DNA of 64,000 nucleotides from Eledone cirrhosa (lineage: Eukaryota), in the NCBI GenBank assembly GCA_964016885.1, contig CAXHJY010000928.1, positions 968,344 to 1,032,343 of the forward strand. The letters run 5' to 3'. A model generated the notes under the pieces. That model ran no database searches, was not told the DNA's origin, and saw only the letters and a program-made list of their open reading frames with translations. Positions 63,657 through 64,000 of the stretch are shown here, in pieces (position 1 is the first letter of the stretch; each line of letters opens with the position of its first letter). A program made the translations under genes and the position numbers.

Positions 63657-64000
63657 CTCATCAATCCCATTGTCCTAATAATATATATATATACTTACGA
63701 AAGCGTAACGTACGTGACGAACGAAACAAGCAGAATTATAATATGATATAAAATATATATATAAAAACTAGGTAGAGCAAATATTTATATGTACATATCT
63801 TAGAAGATATATGGTATAACTGAAGTAGACTAAAATTCTATTTAGGAAACCGAATGATTCTCGGCTTCAGAGTTAAGAATAATGTAAATAAATTACAGAG
63901 GTTATTGAAATCAACAATAATTAAATATATAGATGCACGCATCCATATACGTACATACACATCCATACGCGGAAACACCCGCCATGGGTATGCAAATACA

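Overview
Eukaryotic, repeat-dominated animal DNA. The SINE, RTE and (TA)n content resembles cephalopod (Octopus-like) genomes, but that assignment is inference. Bases 1-~46067 are one tandem satellite of roughly 500 monomers (90 bp, with 86/83/88/84-bp deletion variants), organised into nested multi-kb higher-order duplications. The monomer is a gapless in-frame 30-codon piece of an RTE-clade LINE ORF. Its minus strand reads DELREKLGIRGIRCSV*ERRLCWYRHVMCM, matching RTE copies lying a few kb downstream. The array also holds an RTE 3'-end insertion that was later duplicated within a 5523-bp block. The last 18 kb holds two phase-compatible + strand exons (the 3' end of an unidentified gene, which would put the satellite in an intron, antisense to the LINE). 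It also holds a 5'-truncated RTE LINE with a PHD-like finger inside its RT, tRNA-derived SINEs, and Ingi/Vingi-like and CRE-like fragments. Several foldback elements and short islands carry minimal type-I hammerhead ribozyme motifs typical of Penelope-like elements. All alignments and folds were done by eye; boundaries are approximate.
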